A DNA stretch of 64,000 nucleotides, taken from positions 832,001 through 896,000 of the forward strand of contig CAVXLD010000003.1 in assembly GCA_963762565.1 (NCBI GenBank). The letters are read 5' to 3'. The position numbers and the translations under genes were made by a program. A model generated the notes under the pieces. The model was not told where the DNA came from. It saw nothing but the letters and a program-made list of their open reading frames with translations, and ran no database searches. Positions 27,332 to 38,132 of the stretch are shown here, piece after piece (within the stretch, counting starts at the first letter, position 1; the number at the start of each line of letters is the position of its first letter). The DNA is from an uncultured Verrucomicrobiae bacterium (GTDB lineage Bacteria > Verrucomicrobiota > Verrucomicrobiia > Chthoniobacterales > JAFAMB01).

Positions 27332-28787
27332 ATGACATTCGATCCGTGGCCACGGACGCGGCAAACGATCAAATTTTGTGAGGGAGACCTAAGAGACCAT
27401 CTACGGGCGCAGGAGCTCGAGAACGCGGTTCGTTCACCGCAGGCTCATCCTCCCGGTCCAAAGGGATTCTCGGTCCTGGCTTGTTGTTTATCGCGCCAAC
27501 GCAACCCGCTACAAGAGCTCGGGGTTATGGCGCGAAAATATGGCGATATCGTCCATATGCAACTCGGGCGCCGGCATGACTATTTGATCAATCACCCGGA
27601 TCACATAAAGGCGATCCTTTGTGCACCGCAGACCGAGATGGCGCGGTCCACTCCGCCGGGATTGAAACGGTTGGTCGGAACGAGGCCTCCTGACCAGCCA
27701 AGGTAACTACCATCGGTGCCATAAACGGATGCTGGCGCCTGCGTTTCACAAAGAGATCGTGCGCCAATGGGGTTTAACCATCGTGGCTGAATGTAGGCGG
27801 CTGTGCGCCGGCTGGCGTGATGGCCAGGAGCTTGACATTGAATACGAGATGATGCGGTTAACTCTCGCGATTGTCCTAAAGGCGTTCCTCAGCGTCGATC
27901 TCGCGGAACGCACCGATGAAATCGCAAGAGCCGCTAACACGCTAATAGAGATGATCCATTGCCGTACCCTGCCGGTAATTGACGATTTGCTTGATAAGAT
28001 AGCGTTAGGCAGGATTCGGCGGTTCAACGACGCCCGCCAGCATTTTGACGCCATTGTTTACCGGATGATCCGCGAACGCCGAGACGCCGCTTCTCCGGCA
28101 AAGGATCTACTCTCTACGCTCCTGCAAATTCGGGACGAGGAAACTGGCTCGCCAGCGCTGACGGACGAAGAGATCCGCGACGAAATCGTTACCATGCTCA
28201 TCGCTGGACATGAAACGACTGCGCACGCACTGACCTGGACTTGGTATCTTCTGTCTCAGCATCCCGAGGCCGAAGAGAAAATGCATGCTGAACTGGACGC
28301 CGTTTTGCGGGCACAGTTGCCGGCAGTTAACGATCTAGATTTGCTACCCTACAACCGAATGGTCCTGAGTGAAGCGATACGTTTGTATCCCCCGGTCTGG
28401 ATCGTTGCCCGACGCAATCCTACCGTTTGGTGGGTCGGGAACTACCGGTTTCCTCCAGGGTCTTTCATTTTTATCAGTCAATACCTCATGCAACACGATC
28501 CGCGATTTTTCCCGGATCCCGAGTGTTTTGACCCTGATCGTTGGAAACCTGAGGCGGCTGCGCAGCGCCCAAAATATTCCTACTTCCCATTCGGTGGCGG
28601 GCCACGCCAATGTATCGGCGAAGGCTTTGCCTGGATCGTTGGACTTTTAGTGATAGCGACTGTCGGACAAAGGTGGCGCTTTACGCTTGCGCCCGATCAG
28701 CGGATCGCCCTTGAGCCGTTAATCACGCTCCGTCCCAAGTACGGCATGCGTATGATTGCGAAGCAACGTGCCCAGTTTTCCTACTGA
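27332..28787 (+). pseudogene. Cytochrome P450 with a single frameshift near 27680
   Basis: PPGPKG, AGHETTA, EAIR and FGGGPRQCIG motifs; removing one A restores G-R-G-L-L-T-S-Q-G. Confidence 0.9.
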
Positions 28788-28842
28788 TAGAACGGGCGGC
28801 CGGAACGAAATTGCAACGCGACCTTGCGAAGTAGTCGTCGAA

Positions 28843-29445
28843 CTATCCGGTCTTCAAAGGCCCGGCGACCTTGTAATTACTGAGGATGATGCCGGACGGG
28901 AATGCTTTCGTGCTGACGAGCTCGAATGACCGTGGCGGGGTTCCCTCCGCAAAGAGGCGCTTCCCCGTGCCCAACAGGACGGGATAGACGACCAACAGGA
29001 CTTCATCCGCAAGCCCATGTTCGAGGAGCGTCGATGTCAGCGTGATGCTACCCGAGAGGATAAGGTCCGGGCCGTCCTGCGACTTGATACGGCGAATGCC
29101 CTCGATCATGTCCGGTCCAAGGCCCTCGAACGGGCCCCATTCAAGACTTTCCGGACGGTGGGTAGCCACATATTTTTTTGCCGCATTGAGGCCGTCCGCG
29201 AACGGACTGCTCGGCGCCTTTGGCCAGAAGCCCGACCACATATCGTAGGTGCGACGGCCAAGCACCAGATCGAAGCTCCCGCCATACTCGGCGAAGAGTG
29301 CGTCTCGGCCCGCGGGTGTCCGATAGGGAGCGCTCCAGTCACCGTAGGGGAAATCGCCGTCTTCGCCGGAGACCTGGATCACGCCGTCCAGTGACATGTG
29401 TTCGATGATTTTGAGCTTTCTCACTGGATTGCGTTGCGTAGTCAT
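28843..29445 (-). CDS. Dihydrofolate reductase family (RibD C-terminal) protein
   Basis: MSLDGVIQ, LGRRTYD and PVLLGTGKRLF motifs. Confidence 0.92.
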   Translation of the reverse strand: MTTQRNPVRKLKIIEHMSLDGVIQVSGEDGDFPYGDWSAPYRTPAGRDALFAEYGGSFDLVLGRRTYDMWSGFWPKAPSSPFADGLNAAKKYVATHRPESLEWGPFEGLGPDMIEGIRRIKSQDGPDLILSGSITLTSTLLEHGLADEVLLVVYPVLLGTGKRLFAEGTPPRSFELVSTKAFPSGIILSNYKVAGPLKTG

Positions 29446-29481
29446 AGTTGGTGTTAGTTTTTTTAGCTGGATTCAAATACT

Positions 29482-29509
29482 CGACGAACGAGCGGGCCAT
29501 GCTCGGACA
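29482..29509 (-). promoter_or_regulatory. ECF sigma-type promoter TGTCC-N14-CGTTCGTCG
   Basis: Identical motif and spacing at 40616-40643. Confidence 0.6.
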
Positions 29510-29656
29510 TGAATTCCGAATTTTTCTTGTTCGATTCTCCTAACCAGTTTCACTGGACCGGGTGCGGAAGACGGTTGTATACGCGACTCCGTTTTGCCGC
29601 CCCCTCGGAAAAAACAACTTTGCATGGCTCAGTATGATGACTAACACAGAGGCATC

Positions 29657-30394
29657 ATGCGTCTTCTTCTCACTTCCGCTGGTATCAGTAACCCGAGCAT
29701 CCACGACGCGCTAGTCGAGTTACTGGGCAAGCCGATTGCCGAGTCCAACGCCCTCTTCATTCCCACCGCGATATACCCCTTCCCCGGCAGTGCTCATCAG
29801 GCATGGCAGGCGATCTGCGGAAAAAAAGCCCAAATCCCATTGTGCGAACTGGGTTGGAAATCGTTGGGAGTGCTTGAGCTCACCGCGCTGCCCAGTGTCG
29901 ATAAAAAAGCTTGGGTCCCATCGGTCGAGGAGGCTGACGCCCTGTTGTTTTGGGGGGGCGATGTCTTGTATCTGTGCCACTGGATGCGGCAGTCTGGACT
30001 AGCAGACCTGTTGCCGTCGCTGCGGGGGGACTCGGTCTATGTGGGAGTCAGCGCCGGGAGTATGGCGGCGTCCGCCACCTTCGGAGAGACCTACCGTAAC
30101 CCGCCCAGCGCCAGCGGTAGCGTGCTCACCTCGGAAGACATCGTGTTCGCAACAGCCCAAGGAGAAATCAAAAGAATCTTCGTCACGGCTCAGGGAACAG
30201 GACTGGTTGACTTTGCGTTGATTACGCACCTGGATCACGAAGATCACCCAGCCGCTTCCGCAGCTAACGCGGAAAAATGGGCTGCGAGGCTACCAGTCCC
30301 GGTGTACGCGATTGACGATCAGACCGCCATCAAAGTGGCCGACGGCACTGTCGAGGTCGTCTCCGAGGGGCATTGGAAGCTGTTTACCCCCTAA
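29657..30394 (+). CDS. Peptidase S51 (dipeptidase E-like) protein
   Basis: LLLTSAG, GGD, GVSAG nucleophile and YAIDDQTAI motifs. Confidence 0.88.
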   Translation: MRLLLTSAGISNPSIHDALVELLGKPIAESNALFIPTAIYPFPGSAHQAWQAICGKKAQIPLCELGWKSLGVLELTALPSVDKKAWVPSVEEADALLFWGGDVLYLCHWMRQSGLADLLPSLRGDSVYVGVSAGSMAASATFGETYRNPPSASGSVLTSEDIVFATAQGEIKRIFVTAQGTGLVDFALITHLDHEDHPAASAANAEKWAARLPVPVYAIDDQTAIKVADGTVEVVSEGHWKLFTP

Positions 30395-30582
30395 TACCGA
30401 GAGGCTTGGTTGGGATGGAAGTCGTTGTTGGCGTGCTCGCTGCTTCGGTTTTAGCGCAATTCCTGGGAAATCTGCTCTACGTTATCGTCCGAAGCTTGAG
30501 CCAACCTCGATTTCGGCTGCGCAGCGATATCCATCGGCCCGCGAAACTCATGCCCACGGTCTGTGTTGCCTACCGCTCGAGG

Positions 30583-30720
30583 TCGGCCTCGCAAGCGAGG
30601 CGCGCTCCAAACCAGGCGTTGGCGAAGTCGGAAGGACGACGACGAGGACAGCCTGCCCGACGAAGCTTTTGCTCCATCGGTTCGCAACTCTGTTAGTGAG
30701 CGAAGTCGGGAGAGCGAAGC
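30583..30720. repeat. Composite REP cluster including a 63-bp GCCTGCCCGACGAAGC...GCGAAGTCGG module
   Basis: The module recurs at 45675-45735. Confidence 0.75.
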
Positions 30721-30770
30721 GCCTTGTGAGGAACATCGCGAATGCCGATCAATCGTGTTGGATGGAAGGG

Positions 30771-31194
30771 TTACTGGGTAGAAGCCTTTGCCGCCCGTTC
30801 GATCAAACCCGCCACCTCATTTGGCTTGGAAGGTAGACCGCGTGGCTGGCGGGAACCTCGATCGTTTCGCTGCCGGCCCGCTTGGCCATGCTGCGCTCGA
30901 GATCGGGATTAATGTTGCGGTCGCGAGTCGCCACCAGCGCCCAGCTCTTCTTCTGGTGCCAGGCGGCCGCTGTCACCTGCGCGTCAGCGGCTCCTGCACC
31001 ACGCTGACCGTATAGCCGTCTTTAACCAGAATGTCCGCGACCTGCCGCCATCCGGAACCGTCGGCGAAGGCCCCGTGCACGATGACGACGTTCTTGACCG
31101 ACTCGGCCCGGGCCGGGGCGACGGCAGCTGACAGAAGTGCCACTGCTGCGGTGGCAGCGACAACGGATTTATTTAGCATAGAATTCTTCTTCAT
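30771..31194 (-). pseudogene. Alpha/beta hydrolase with a large internal deletion
   Basis: N-terminal VHGAFADGSGW...VQEPLT is joined out of frame to C-terminal AAWHQKKSWALVATRDRNINPDLER...ASHAVY; no GxSxG. Confidence 0.85.
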
Positions 31195-31203
31195 TATTAA
31201 TGA

Positions 31204-31225
31204 TATTCAACCGGAAGGTTGAATA
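31204..31225. promoter_or_regulatory. ArsR-type operator palindrome
   Basis: TATTCAACC-GGAA-GGTTGAATA, with a second degenerate copy at ~31246-31265. Confidence 0.7.
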
Positions 31226-31292
31226 AATCGTTCGACTCGAAAAATTGTCAACCTTTTGGTAGAATATTTTAGAATCAAGCGGACAGATTGTT

Positions 31293-31691
31293 ATGATTAA
31301 GATGGAAGGCGGGAAGGAAGCGGCTTCGCGCACCGCGCGTCTCGACGCGGCATTCGCCGCGTTAGCCGATCCGACGCGGCGGGCGATTGTGGAACGGCTC
31401 TCACGCAGCGAGGCGCGCGTGACCGAGCTCGCCGAACCCTTCCCTATGTCCTTGAACGCCGTGTCGAAACATATCCGCGTGCTGGAAGCGAGCGGCGTGG
31501 TCGAGCGGCACCGGCAAGGGCGCGACCACATTCTCTCCATCAATACCCGTTCGCTGGACGAGGTCCTTGGCTGGATCGAGCGGATGCGCCGCTATTGGGA
31601 GGAGCGGCTAGAAGCGATGGAGCGCGTGCTGCGCGAGCTCAACAAGGACCACAAGTTGGGGCCAAAGGATCGCACGCATGGTTCACGATGA
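31293..31691 (+). CDS. ArsR family transcriptional regulator
   Basis: FAALADPTRRAI...AVSKHIRVLE. Confidence 0.92.
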   Translation: MIKMEGGKEAASRTARLDAAFAALADPTRRAIVERLSRSEARVTELAEPFPMSLNAVSKHIRVLEASGVVERHRQGRDHILSINTRSLDEVLGWIERMRRYWEERLEAMERVLRELNKDHKLGPKDRTHGSR

Positions 31692-31906
31692 CACGACGGG
31701 CCCGATCCTGCAGATACGCCGGCGCCTAAGGGCCGAGGCGGAGCAGATCTTCGAGCTGTGGACCAAACCCGATTTGATGGTTCGGTGGATGAGCCCCTAT
31801 CCGGGCGCGGTCGATTGCCAGGTGAGCCGTGACCTCCGCCCTGGCGGAGCCTTCAGCCTGGTCATGTCATCGAAGGAATCAATCCGCGAAGTATCCGGCA
31901 CCTATC
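31678..31906 (+). pseudogene. SRPBCC/AHSA1 protein, 3'-truncated
   Basis: IFELWTKPDLMVRW...DLRPGG...VSGTY, then homology is lost. Confidence 0.8.
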
Positions 31907-31989
31907 GCCGATACCCTCGGACTGCTCTCATGAGAACAGAGCGGCGCATCATGGCGGGTCGCTCTGCACATTGGGTACGACTTACTACG

Positions 31990-32442
31990 CTATTTCAGCG
32001 TGATTTCGCGCATCAGCTTGCCACCGTAGATTTCCCGAATCTGGGCCCGGTCGATCATGACTTGTTGGTCCTTTTTGTCCGCGTCGGCTCCCAAGAGCTT
32101 CTGCTCAATCGCATCTACTTTCTCACGGAGTCCGTCGAAGGCGGCCATATTCTTGAATTCTATGAGGATAATGAGATCAAAATCCTCTGGATTAGCCGCT
32201 TCTCCCAGCAGAATCTTGTAAGATAGAACGATGCCTGCGGCTTTCTCCTCCGCTATGAGAGGCTTCGAATTCGCTGCCAAGCCCTTCAGATATTGATCCG
32301 TCATGCCAGGCTTGGTCTTGATGAAAGCGACACTATAAACGGAACCTTCCGTGTAAGGAGCTTCTCCCCTTGCCATGTAAATTCCTGTACAGCTAAGCAA
32401 GAGGACGAGGGTAACAGTTAGTTTTCGAAGAGGTTTTAACAT
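31990..32442 (-). CDS. Secreted hypothetical protein
   Basis: Signal peptide; PYTEGSVYSVAFIKTKPG...REITLK. Confidence 0.75.
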   Translation of the reverse strand: MLKPLRKLTVTLVLLLSCTGIYMARGEAPYTEGSVYSVAFIKTKPGMTDQYLKGLAANSKPLIAEEKAAGIVLSYKILLGEAANPEDFDLIILIEFKNMAAFDGLREKVDAIEQKLLGADADKKDQQVMIDRAQIREIYGGKLMREITLK

Positions 32443-32692
32443 TAGACGTTCTTTCGCTTTAATGGGTTTTAACCATTGGTTCTGAACGTTTTACGAAGAA
32501 AACCAGCGCCGGTCGATACGTAATTTTACGCATTATGCTCCCCTTTCCTCAGTGAGTCGGTTCATTCCCGAAGGCGAATACGGCTCTAAAGTTCCTCTGC
32601 TATTGCTCGGGTGGTTCGGGAGAACCGGAAAACAGCCGCAGGCCGTCGCCTGGAGCGCGTGGTTAGGCCGATGGGCGTTCGGGAGGGGACCC

Positions 32693-33079
32693 TTATTGGC
32701 CGGCTGGTGGTTCCCAAAGCTCCACCTTGTTTCCTTCGGGATCGATCACCCAACCGAATTTGCCGAATTCGGACTCTTCGACCTTCTCGTCAACCTGCAC
32801 GCCTTCCGCGCGCAACGCCGCAAGCAGGGCAGGCAAATCGTCCACGCGGTAGTTGATCATGAACGGCGCCGAACTGGGAGCAAAGTGCTCCGTATCTGCT
32901 GCGAAGAGGCTCCAGGCGGTTGTTCCCTCACCATCCGGGTTATCTGGCCCTTTCCACTCGAACGCGGCGCCACCCCATTCTTGTACATCAATCCCGAGAT
33001 GCTCCTTGTACCACGCGCCGAGCGCCTTTGGGTCTATGGACTTAAAGAAGATTCCGCCGATACCGGTGACACGTTTCAT
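32693..33079 (-). CDS. VOC/glyoxalase family protein
   Basis: MKRVTGIGGIFFK...DPEGNKVELWEP. Confidence 0.92.
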   Translation of the reverse strand: MKRVTGIGGIFFKSIDPKALGAWYKEHLGIDVQEWGGAAFEWKGPDNPDGEGTTAWSLFAADTEHFAPSSAPFMINYRVDDLPALLAALRAEGVQVDEKVEESEFGKFGWVIDPEGNKVELWEPPAGQ

Positions 33080-33344
33080 GGCTGTTTTTGTGCTGACGAG
33101 GTTGAATAATGAAGTTCTGTGTGGCCTGGCGAGCTCAAGCTCAGCCACTCCTGCCGAAAGCGAGCTGGGCCACGAGTTTAGTGTCGGAAGTCATCTGAAA
33201 GCAAGAAAACGAACAGGGTCACCTTTGTGGCCTTTGTGATCTTTCCGTACTGTGCAAATCCTCTTTTTTCATTTGGTCGCAAAACCGCGACAGGACGCGC
33301 AAAAGCCCGCGAGAGGATCCTTTGGATCATGTTAGATTAGCTTC

Positions 33345-34208
33345 ATGACAACAAAGGTGAGTACACCAGCAAAGACATTTAAGATTGGTGGGGACTTGGA
33401 AGTGAATCGTCTCGGCTTCGGGGCAATGCGAATCACCGGCAACGGGATCTGGGGTGAACCTCACAACCCAGAAGAAGCGAAACGCGTCCTAAAACGGGCG
33501 TTGGAACTGGGAGTCAATTTTATTGATACAGCCGACAGTTACGGTCCGGAAGTCAGCGAACGTCTGATCGGCGAAGCCCTTGCCCCTTTTCCGAAGGGTT
33601 TAGTCATAGCGACTAAAGCAGGTTTAACTCGTCAGGGTCCAGACCAATGGCTACCGGTCGGAAGGCCGGAATACCTTCAACAACAGGTTGAGCTGAGTCT
33701 TCGTCGTCTGAAGACAGACGTCATTGAGCTTTGGCAGCTTCACCGGATTGATCCCAAAGTCCCGGTGGAAGAATCGTTAGGCGTCATCGCCAAACTTCAG
33801 AAAGCAGGTAAAATCCGCCACGTTGGCCTGAGCGAAGTGAAGCCGGCCGAAATCGATCAAGCTCGCAAAGTGCTCGAAATCGTCAGCGTACAAAACCGGT
33901 ACAATGTTGGCGATCGGGAGCATGAAGATGTGCTGGAGTATTGCGAAAAGCATAACCTGGGATTCATACCCTGGTTTCCTGTGGCCGCCGGGAAACTTGC
34001 TCAGCCCAGTGGAACACTCGACACCATCGCAAAACGCCACGGCACGACCGTGGCTCAGTTGTCCATTGCCTGGCTCCTTTATCGCAGTCCCGTAATGCTT
34101 CCCATCCCTGGTACATCCTCCGTTGCTCATCTCGAAGAGAACATGAAATCCGCAGAGATCGTGCTTTCCGACGAGGAGTTGAAAGAAATCGAAGAAGCGG
34201 CTCGCTAA
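33345..34208 (+). CDS. Aldo/keto reductase
   Basis: LGFGAMR, IDTADSYG, IATKAG and PIPGT motifs. Confidence 0.95.
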   Translation: MTTKVSTPAKTFKIGGDLEVNRLGFGAMRITGNGIWGEPHNPEEAKRVLKRALELGVNFIDTADSYGPEVSERLIGEALAPFPKGLVIATKAGLTRQGPDQWLPVGRPEYLQQQVELSLRRLKTDVIELWQLHRIDPKVPVEESLGVIAKLQKAGKIRHVGLSEVKPAEIDQARKVLEIVSVQNRYNVGDREHEDVLEYCEKHNLGFIPWFPVAAGKLAQPSGTLDTIAKRHGTTVAQLSIAWLLYRSPVMLPIPGTSSVAHLEENMKSAEIVLSDEELKEIEEAAR

Positions 34209-34322
34209 AACAACCGGATCCTCAGACTTGAACAGAGATCCGAGCCAGCGTCTGACAAGGCCCAAATTACAGACCTGTTCGCAGCGCGCGGGGACGCGCG
34301 CCCTCCCCACGTCCAATCCCCA

Positions 34323-34685
34323 CTAGCCCCTAACCCCTGCCCTACTGCCTCGATTCGATATCTGCTTTGCCTGTCCGTAGATCGACCGGAACAGAAACGT
34401 GCGTTTGCGGTAGGCGTCAGCCCCTTTGCGCTCGAGAGGTGGCGTCACATCGAAAACGACAAGACTCTCGTCCGGTACACAGAGCTGCATGATCGTATTC
34501 ACGTCCTTCGCTCTAAACGCCGTAATAAACCGATCTTCTAACGCCTTAAGATCGGCGACGTCCTGCGCGCTGGTATGGATGCGTTTCATTTCGATGGGTT
34601 TGGTATCGGCGCGGGTCAGAGACGGATTGATTCCGACCAAGCCGATGGCGAGCAGAATTGGAGCAAGAACCTTCCGTGGGTTCAT
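34323..34685 (-). pseudogene. Secreted SnoaL/DUF4440-like protein, 3'-truncated
   Basis: Signal peptide, FRAKDVNTIM...VFDVTPP...GADAYRK, then unrelated sequence running into repeats. Confidence 0.7.
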
Positions 34686-34799
34686 ACTGAGTCTAATAAT
34701 CAACCTTCGCCTCTTAATGCGAATGGTGGTTCCCAAAGGTACCCATTCACGAGCGACTGCGGAGCGTGCCACCCTTGCGAGCCTTGGGTGCAGTCGGAA

Positions 34800-34862
34800 C
34801 CCGTGGAGCGCTTCGCGGGCTCCGACCGCATCGGCCTCGCAAGCGAGGCAGCGCTCCACGGG
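34800..34862. repeat. REP hairpin (GTGGAGCGCT family)
   Basis: cccgtggagcgct...agcgctccacggg. Confidence 0.8.
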
Positions 34863-35043
34863 CGGCGACCCCTTCGCAGATTCGCCTCTACGCTCGACTC
34901 AACAAGTAATCTGCGTAAATTCTCGCGCTAAAGGATTAAAGCCCAACGCAACGGGAACGTCGAGCTGGCGACCACCGAGCTCCGCCTTGCTTACAAGCTT
35001 GCTCAGGACTCGGGCAGCGAGGAAACTACAAGCGCTTCGAGAA

Positions 35044-35628
35044 ATGAACTGTCCCAACGGTCACCTTAGTACTAGCAACGATTATTGCTCGGTTTGCGGC
35101 GAGAAACTCGACGAACCTATCCCAGGAGTATCGCCCCAATTCGAAACCACGGCTCCAGTGACGCCGGTTGAGTTACCCCCAGACACTCCGCTCGCGACGG
35201 AACCAAATCCTCCAGATCCTTCCTTCGGTGAGTCGACTGGAGCCGCCTGGCGGGTCGAGTGCCGCATTTTCAAAGAAGCCGGTCCGGAAGCCAGTACCCC
35301 TGGCGCTCCTTACGAAAGTTCGACCGAGATAACCCTAAAAACCCAAGTGACCCAAATCGGTCGCTCCAGCCAGAAACGGAATCTTCATCCCGAGATCGCC
35401 TGCGATTGGGATGATGCGGTTTCCCATCGCCACGCCAAGATCGAACTGGATGCCGACGGTAACGCCTTTCTCATGGATGTCGGTTCTAGCAACGGCACAA
35501 TGCTAAACGGTCAACTCATCTCAGCTAATGCCCCAGTTCAACTCAAAGATGGCGACCGCATTTCCATCGGAGGCAGGACGGCGCTGATTGTGCGTGCGCC
35601 AGAAAAAGAAAATCCGCAGATTACATAG
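35044..35628 (+). CDS. Zinc-ribbon + FHA domain protein
   Basis: CPNGH...YCSVCG; IGR...VSHRHA...GSSNGT FHA motifs. Confidence 0.9.
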   Translation: MNCPNGHLSTSNDYCSVCGEKLDEPIPGVSPQFETTAPVTPVELPPDTPLATEPNPPDPSFGESTGAAWRVECRIFKEAGPEASTPGAPYESSTEITLKTQVTQIGRSSQKRNLHPEIACDWDDAVSHRHAKIELDADGNAFLMDVGSSNGTMLNGQLISANAPVQLKDGDRISIGGRTALIVRAPEKENPQIT

Positions 35629-35633
35629 ATTAC

Positions 35634-36005
35634 GTGATCCGCCGGGTACGAGCCGCGGCCGCTCAACATGAGCTCTCTTTGACGGAGTACGCTGTGCTAG
35701 CACGGCTAGCCAAAGATGGGCCTGCCACCACGGCGGAGCTGGCCCGCGCAGAAAGTGTGCGACCGCAATCCATGGGCGCCACCATCGTGGCATTGGAAGA
35801 ATTGGCTTTGGTACAACGGAGACCACACCCGACCGACGGCCGCCAGGTAAACATTGAACTGACGGCTAAGGGTGTTGCCGTGCGCAACAGCAGGAAAGTT
35901 GCGAAACAAACCTGGCTCGCTCAAGCCATCGCTCAGCTCGAAGTAGAAGACCAGGAGACCCTATTTAAAGCCGGAGAAATTATCAAACGCCTGGCGCACT
36001 CCTGA
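35634..36005 (+). pseudogene. MarR family regulator, probably 5'-truncated
   Basis: ELARAESVRPQSM...HPTDGR; begins immediately after a repeat. Confidence 0.75.
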
Positions 36006-36042
36006 ACCAGACAATGACACAGATCCACAGTTCAAAATCACT

Positions 36043-36320
36043 ATGAATTGGTTTAACTACATTGCCGCTTTCTTTGCCGGAATCTTTTTCACCAACTTTG
36101 TTCCCCATTTTGTGCGCGGCATATCGGGTGATCGCTTCCCGACCCCATTTGCGAATCCACCGGGAAAAGGCCTGTCATCTCCGATACGAAATGTGGTCTG
36201 GGCGCTGTCTAATTTACTCGTTGGCTATATTCTCTGTCGGCTAGGAAGAGTCGGATACGGCGGCGACTCAGCCCTCATTGCATTCTTTGCGGGTATCGCC
36301 TTGATCAGCAGTCGGTATAG
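36043..36320 (+). pseudogene. Small membrane protein, 3' end fused to a foreign fragment
   Basis: FFAGIFFTNFVPHFVRGISGDRFPTPFANPPGKGLSSP..NVVW. Confidence 0.65.
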
Positions 36321-36322
36321 TA

Positions 36323-36583
36323 ATGGCGTTCCAGTTTGGACCGCAGATCCTTTTGATGCCGGTTACCGGGTTTGCGGCCGACCATCTGAACCGGCAACGC
36401 CTGTTGCTTGCGACTCAAGCTGCCATGCGTGCTTTGGCCCTCGGACTTGGTCTCCTGACGGTCACCGGCATGGTCCAATTGTGGGAGGTGTACGTTTTCG
36501 CCTTACTACACGGATGCGTTGCCGCGTTCGATGCACCGGCTCGCCAGACCTTTATAACGGCGTCGGTATCTATTACCTGGTAA
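36323..36583 (+). pseudogene. Internal fragment of an MFS transporter
   Basis: QFGPQILL..GFAADHLNRQRLL...AFDAPARQTF. Confidence 0.8.
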
Positions 36584-36670
36584 GGTATCAGTCCGGTAGC
36601 AGCAAAAACGAACTGTCTTGGCACTCTGGGCAGACAAATATTCAATGAAGCAGTCAGAACCACTCACCTG

Positions 36671-36700
36671 TTGACTCAGATTATCAGTCTGATAATCTGA
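36671..36700 (+). promoter_or_regulatory. TA operon promoter/operator
   Basis: TTGACT -35 overlapping the perfect palindrome TCAGATTATCAG-T-CTGATAATCTGA. Confidence 0.75.
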
Positions 36701-36708
36701 TTAGAAAC

Positions 36709-36954
36709 ATGGAAACGACGCTCACCACATTTCAGCGGGAATTTGCCAAAGCCCGCAAAGCGGCCGATCGAGGAGAGACAGTGTCGATCAAGGCGGATGA
36801 TAATTCCGAATACATCTTCTTTAAACGCGCCAAGACTCCTGCACACCCATTCGAAGATCTGGAGAATCTCTTTGGTTTAGTATCCCTAAATTCAAAATTA
36901 AGATCGCCACGTGAGAAAATCCGTCGACGCCTCCGCAAGAACGTTGCTGTTTGA
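36709..36954 (+). CDS. Phd-like antitoxin
   Basis: TTFQREFAKARKAADRGETVSI; lies upstream of and overlaps the PIN gene. Confidence 0.75.
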   Translation: METTLTTFQREFAKARKAADRGETVSIKADDNSEYIFFKRAKTPAHPFEDLENLFGLVSLNSKLRSPREKIRRRLRKNVAV

Positions 36955-37339
36955 TGCGGGGCCGCTTGTCGCAGCTATCGATCGCTCTGACGAACATCAC
37001 GGCTGGGCAAAGCGCATTCTCCCGAAATTGACAGGTAGGGCAATTACTTGCGAGCCTTGTGTCACTGAGGCTTTGCACCTCTTAGAAAATGCTCCGCGCG
37101 CCATTGCAGCACTACGCGGATTTCTAGAGCGGATAGAAATCGTCCCGGTCTTGCCCACGGAATTCACAGACGTCTTCGACCAACTCGAGACTTTCGCGCC
37201 AGCCATGGATCTTGCCGACGGATGTTTGGTGAATCTCCAGCGACGTATTCCCACTTCGATCGTCGTGACAACAGATCATCGCGATTTCGCGACTTACCGG
37301 GTGCCATTCCTGTCTCCGATGGGACTATTCACGGATTAA
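36911..37339 (+). CDS. vapC: PIN-domain (VapC-like) toxin
   Basis: LFDAGPL, VTEA, MDLADG and TTDHRDF acidic motifs. Confidence 0.88.
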   Translation: MRKSVDASARTLLFDAGPLVAAIDRSDEHHGWAKRILPKLTGRAITCEPCVTEALHLLENAPRAIAALRGFLERIEIVPVLPTEFTDVFDQLETFAPAMDLADGCLVNLQRRIPTSIVVTTDHRDFATYRVPFLSPMGLFTD

Positions 37340-37348
37340 CGAGCGCGC

Positions 37349-38132
37349 TCATTTAAAAGTCGAAGGCAAAACCGCCTGCGTGGTATTTAGCATAAACCGC
37401 GCTCCCCCGCCGTCTTCCGTGTATGTGGTGCTATTAGGAGGGTAGGTATAGAAGCCAGTCGCGCCGGTGACAAAGCTGCCGGACGTCACCGTTACAAATC
37501 CATACGGATCAGCCGTAATGGCAGACACATTGAGCGGCGGAGAGAAGCCCGGCGTCTGAGTGATTGCAAACCCCTTTTTCGCCACCAAAACTGCGTAAGC
37601 CGTCCTGTTCGTACCGACAAAAAGGTAGTCGCTGTTAGCCGCCATGAAAGTCAGCGCGTTGATTCCACCCTTCAACGGCAAAGTGATCGTGTCCTTCAGT
37701 AGGACGGTGACGTTATCGTTGGTCGAAGAGATCACATCGGTCTTCTTATAGACATAAAGATCAACGCCAGCTGAATTGTTACCACTAGCAACATCCACTA
37801 CATAAAATTGCGCGAGTGACAGTGCTGGTCGTATCGTCGTAGGGTGGACTTCCTTCCAGTAAGGCCCCCACTTTGCCAAAGGGTCCCATGGTGCCGTCGC
37901 CATAACAGCCATCGCTTTCCGTGGTCGACCCGCAAACCAACCAATAAACCGAGGTGTTATTAGAACCCAAGGTATAGGTCGTAAACAGTGTACTGTCGAT
38001 GGGACTACCTTGCGTAGATGTCGCAAAGCACGCTAATGCTAGCCCGGGAAGAAAATAACGCCGCCATTGCGAAAGCGACGAGCGATTTTTTTCTACCGAG
38101 GCAATTAGTTTGAGTGGGATTGGCCGATACAT
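37349..38132 (-). pseudogene. Secreted beta-rich hypothetical protein with a single frameshift
   Basis: Two overlapping ORFs join as ...TVTRAI-YVVDVA... if one base of the A4 run at 37804-37807 is removed. Confidence 0.7.

Noticed and set aside
31907..32226. C-terminal half of the 182-aa SRPBCC ORF
   Set aside because: Read-through into the antisense strand of the neighbouring gene after truncation.
34426..35043. Long N-terminal extension of the FHA ORF
   Set aside because: It is antisense to the SnoaL remnant and crosses a REP; the real start is probably ATG 35044.
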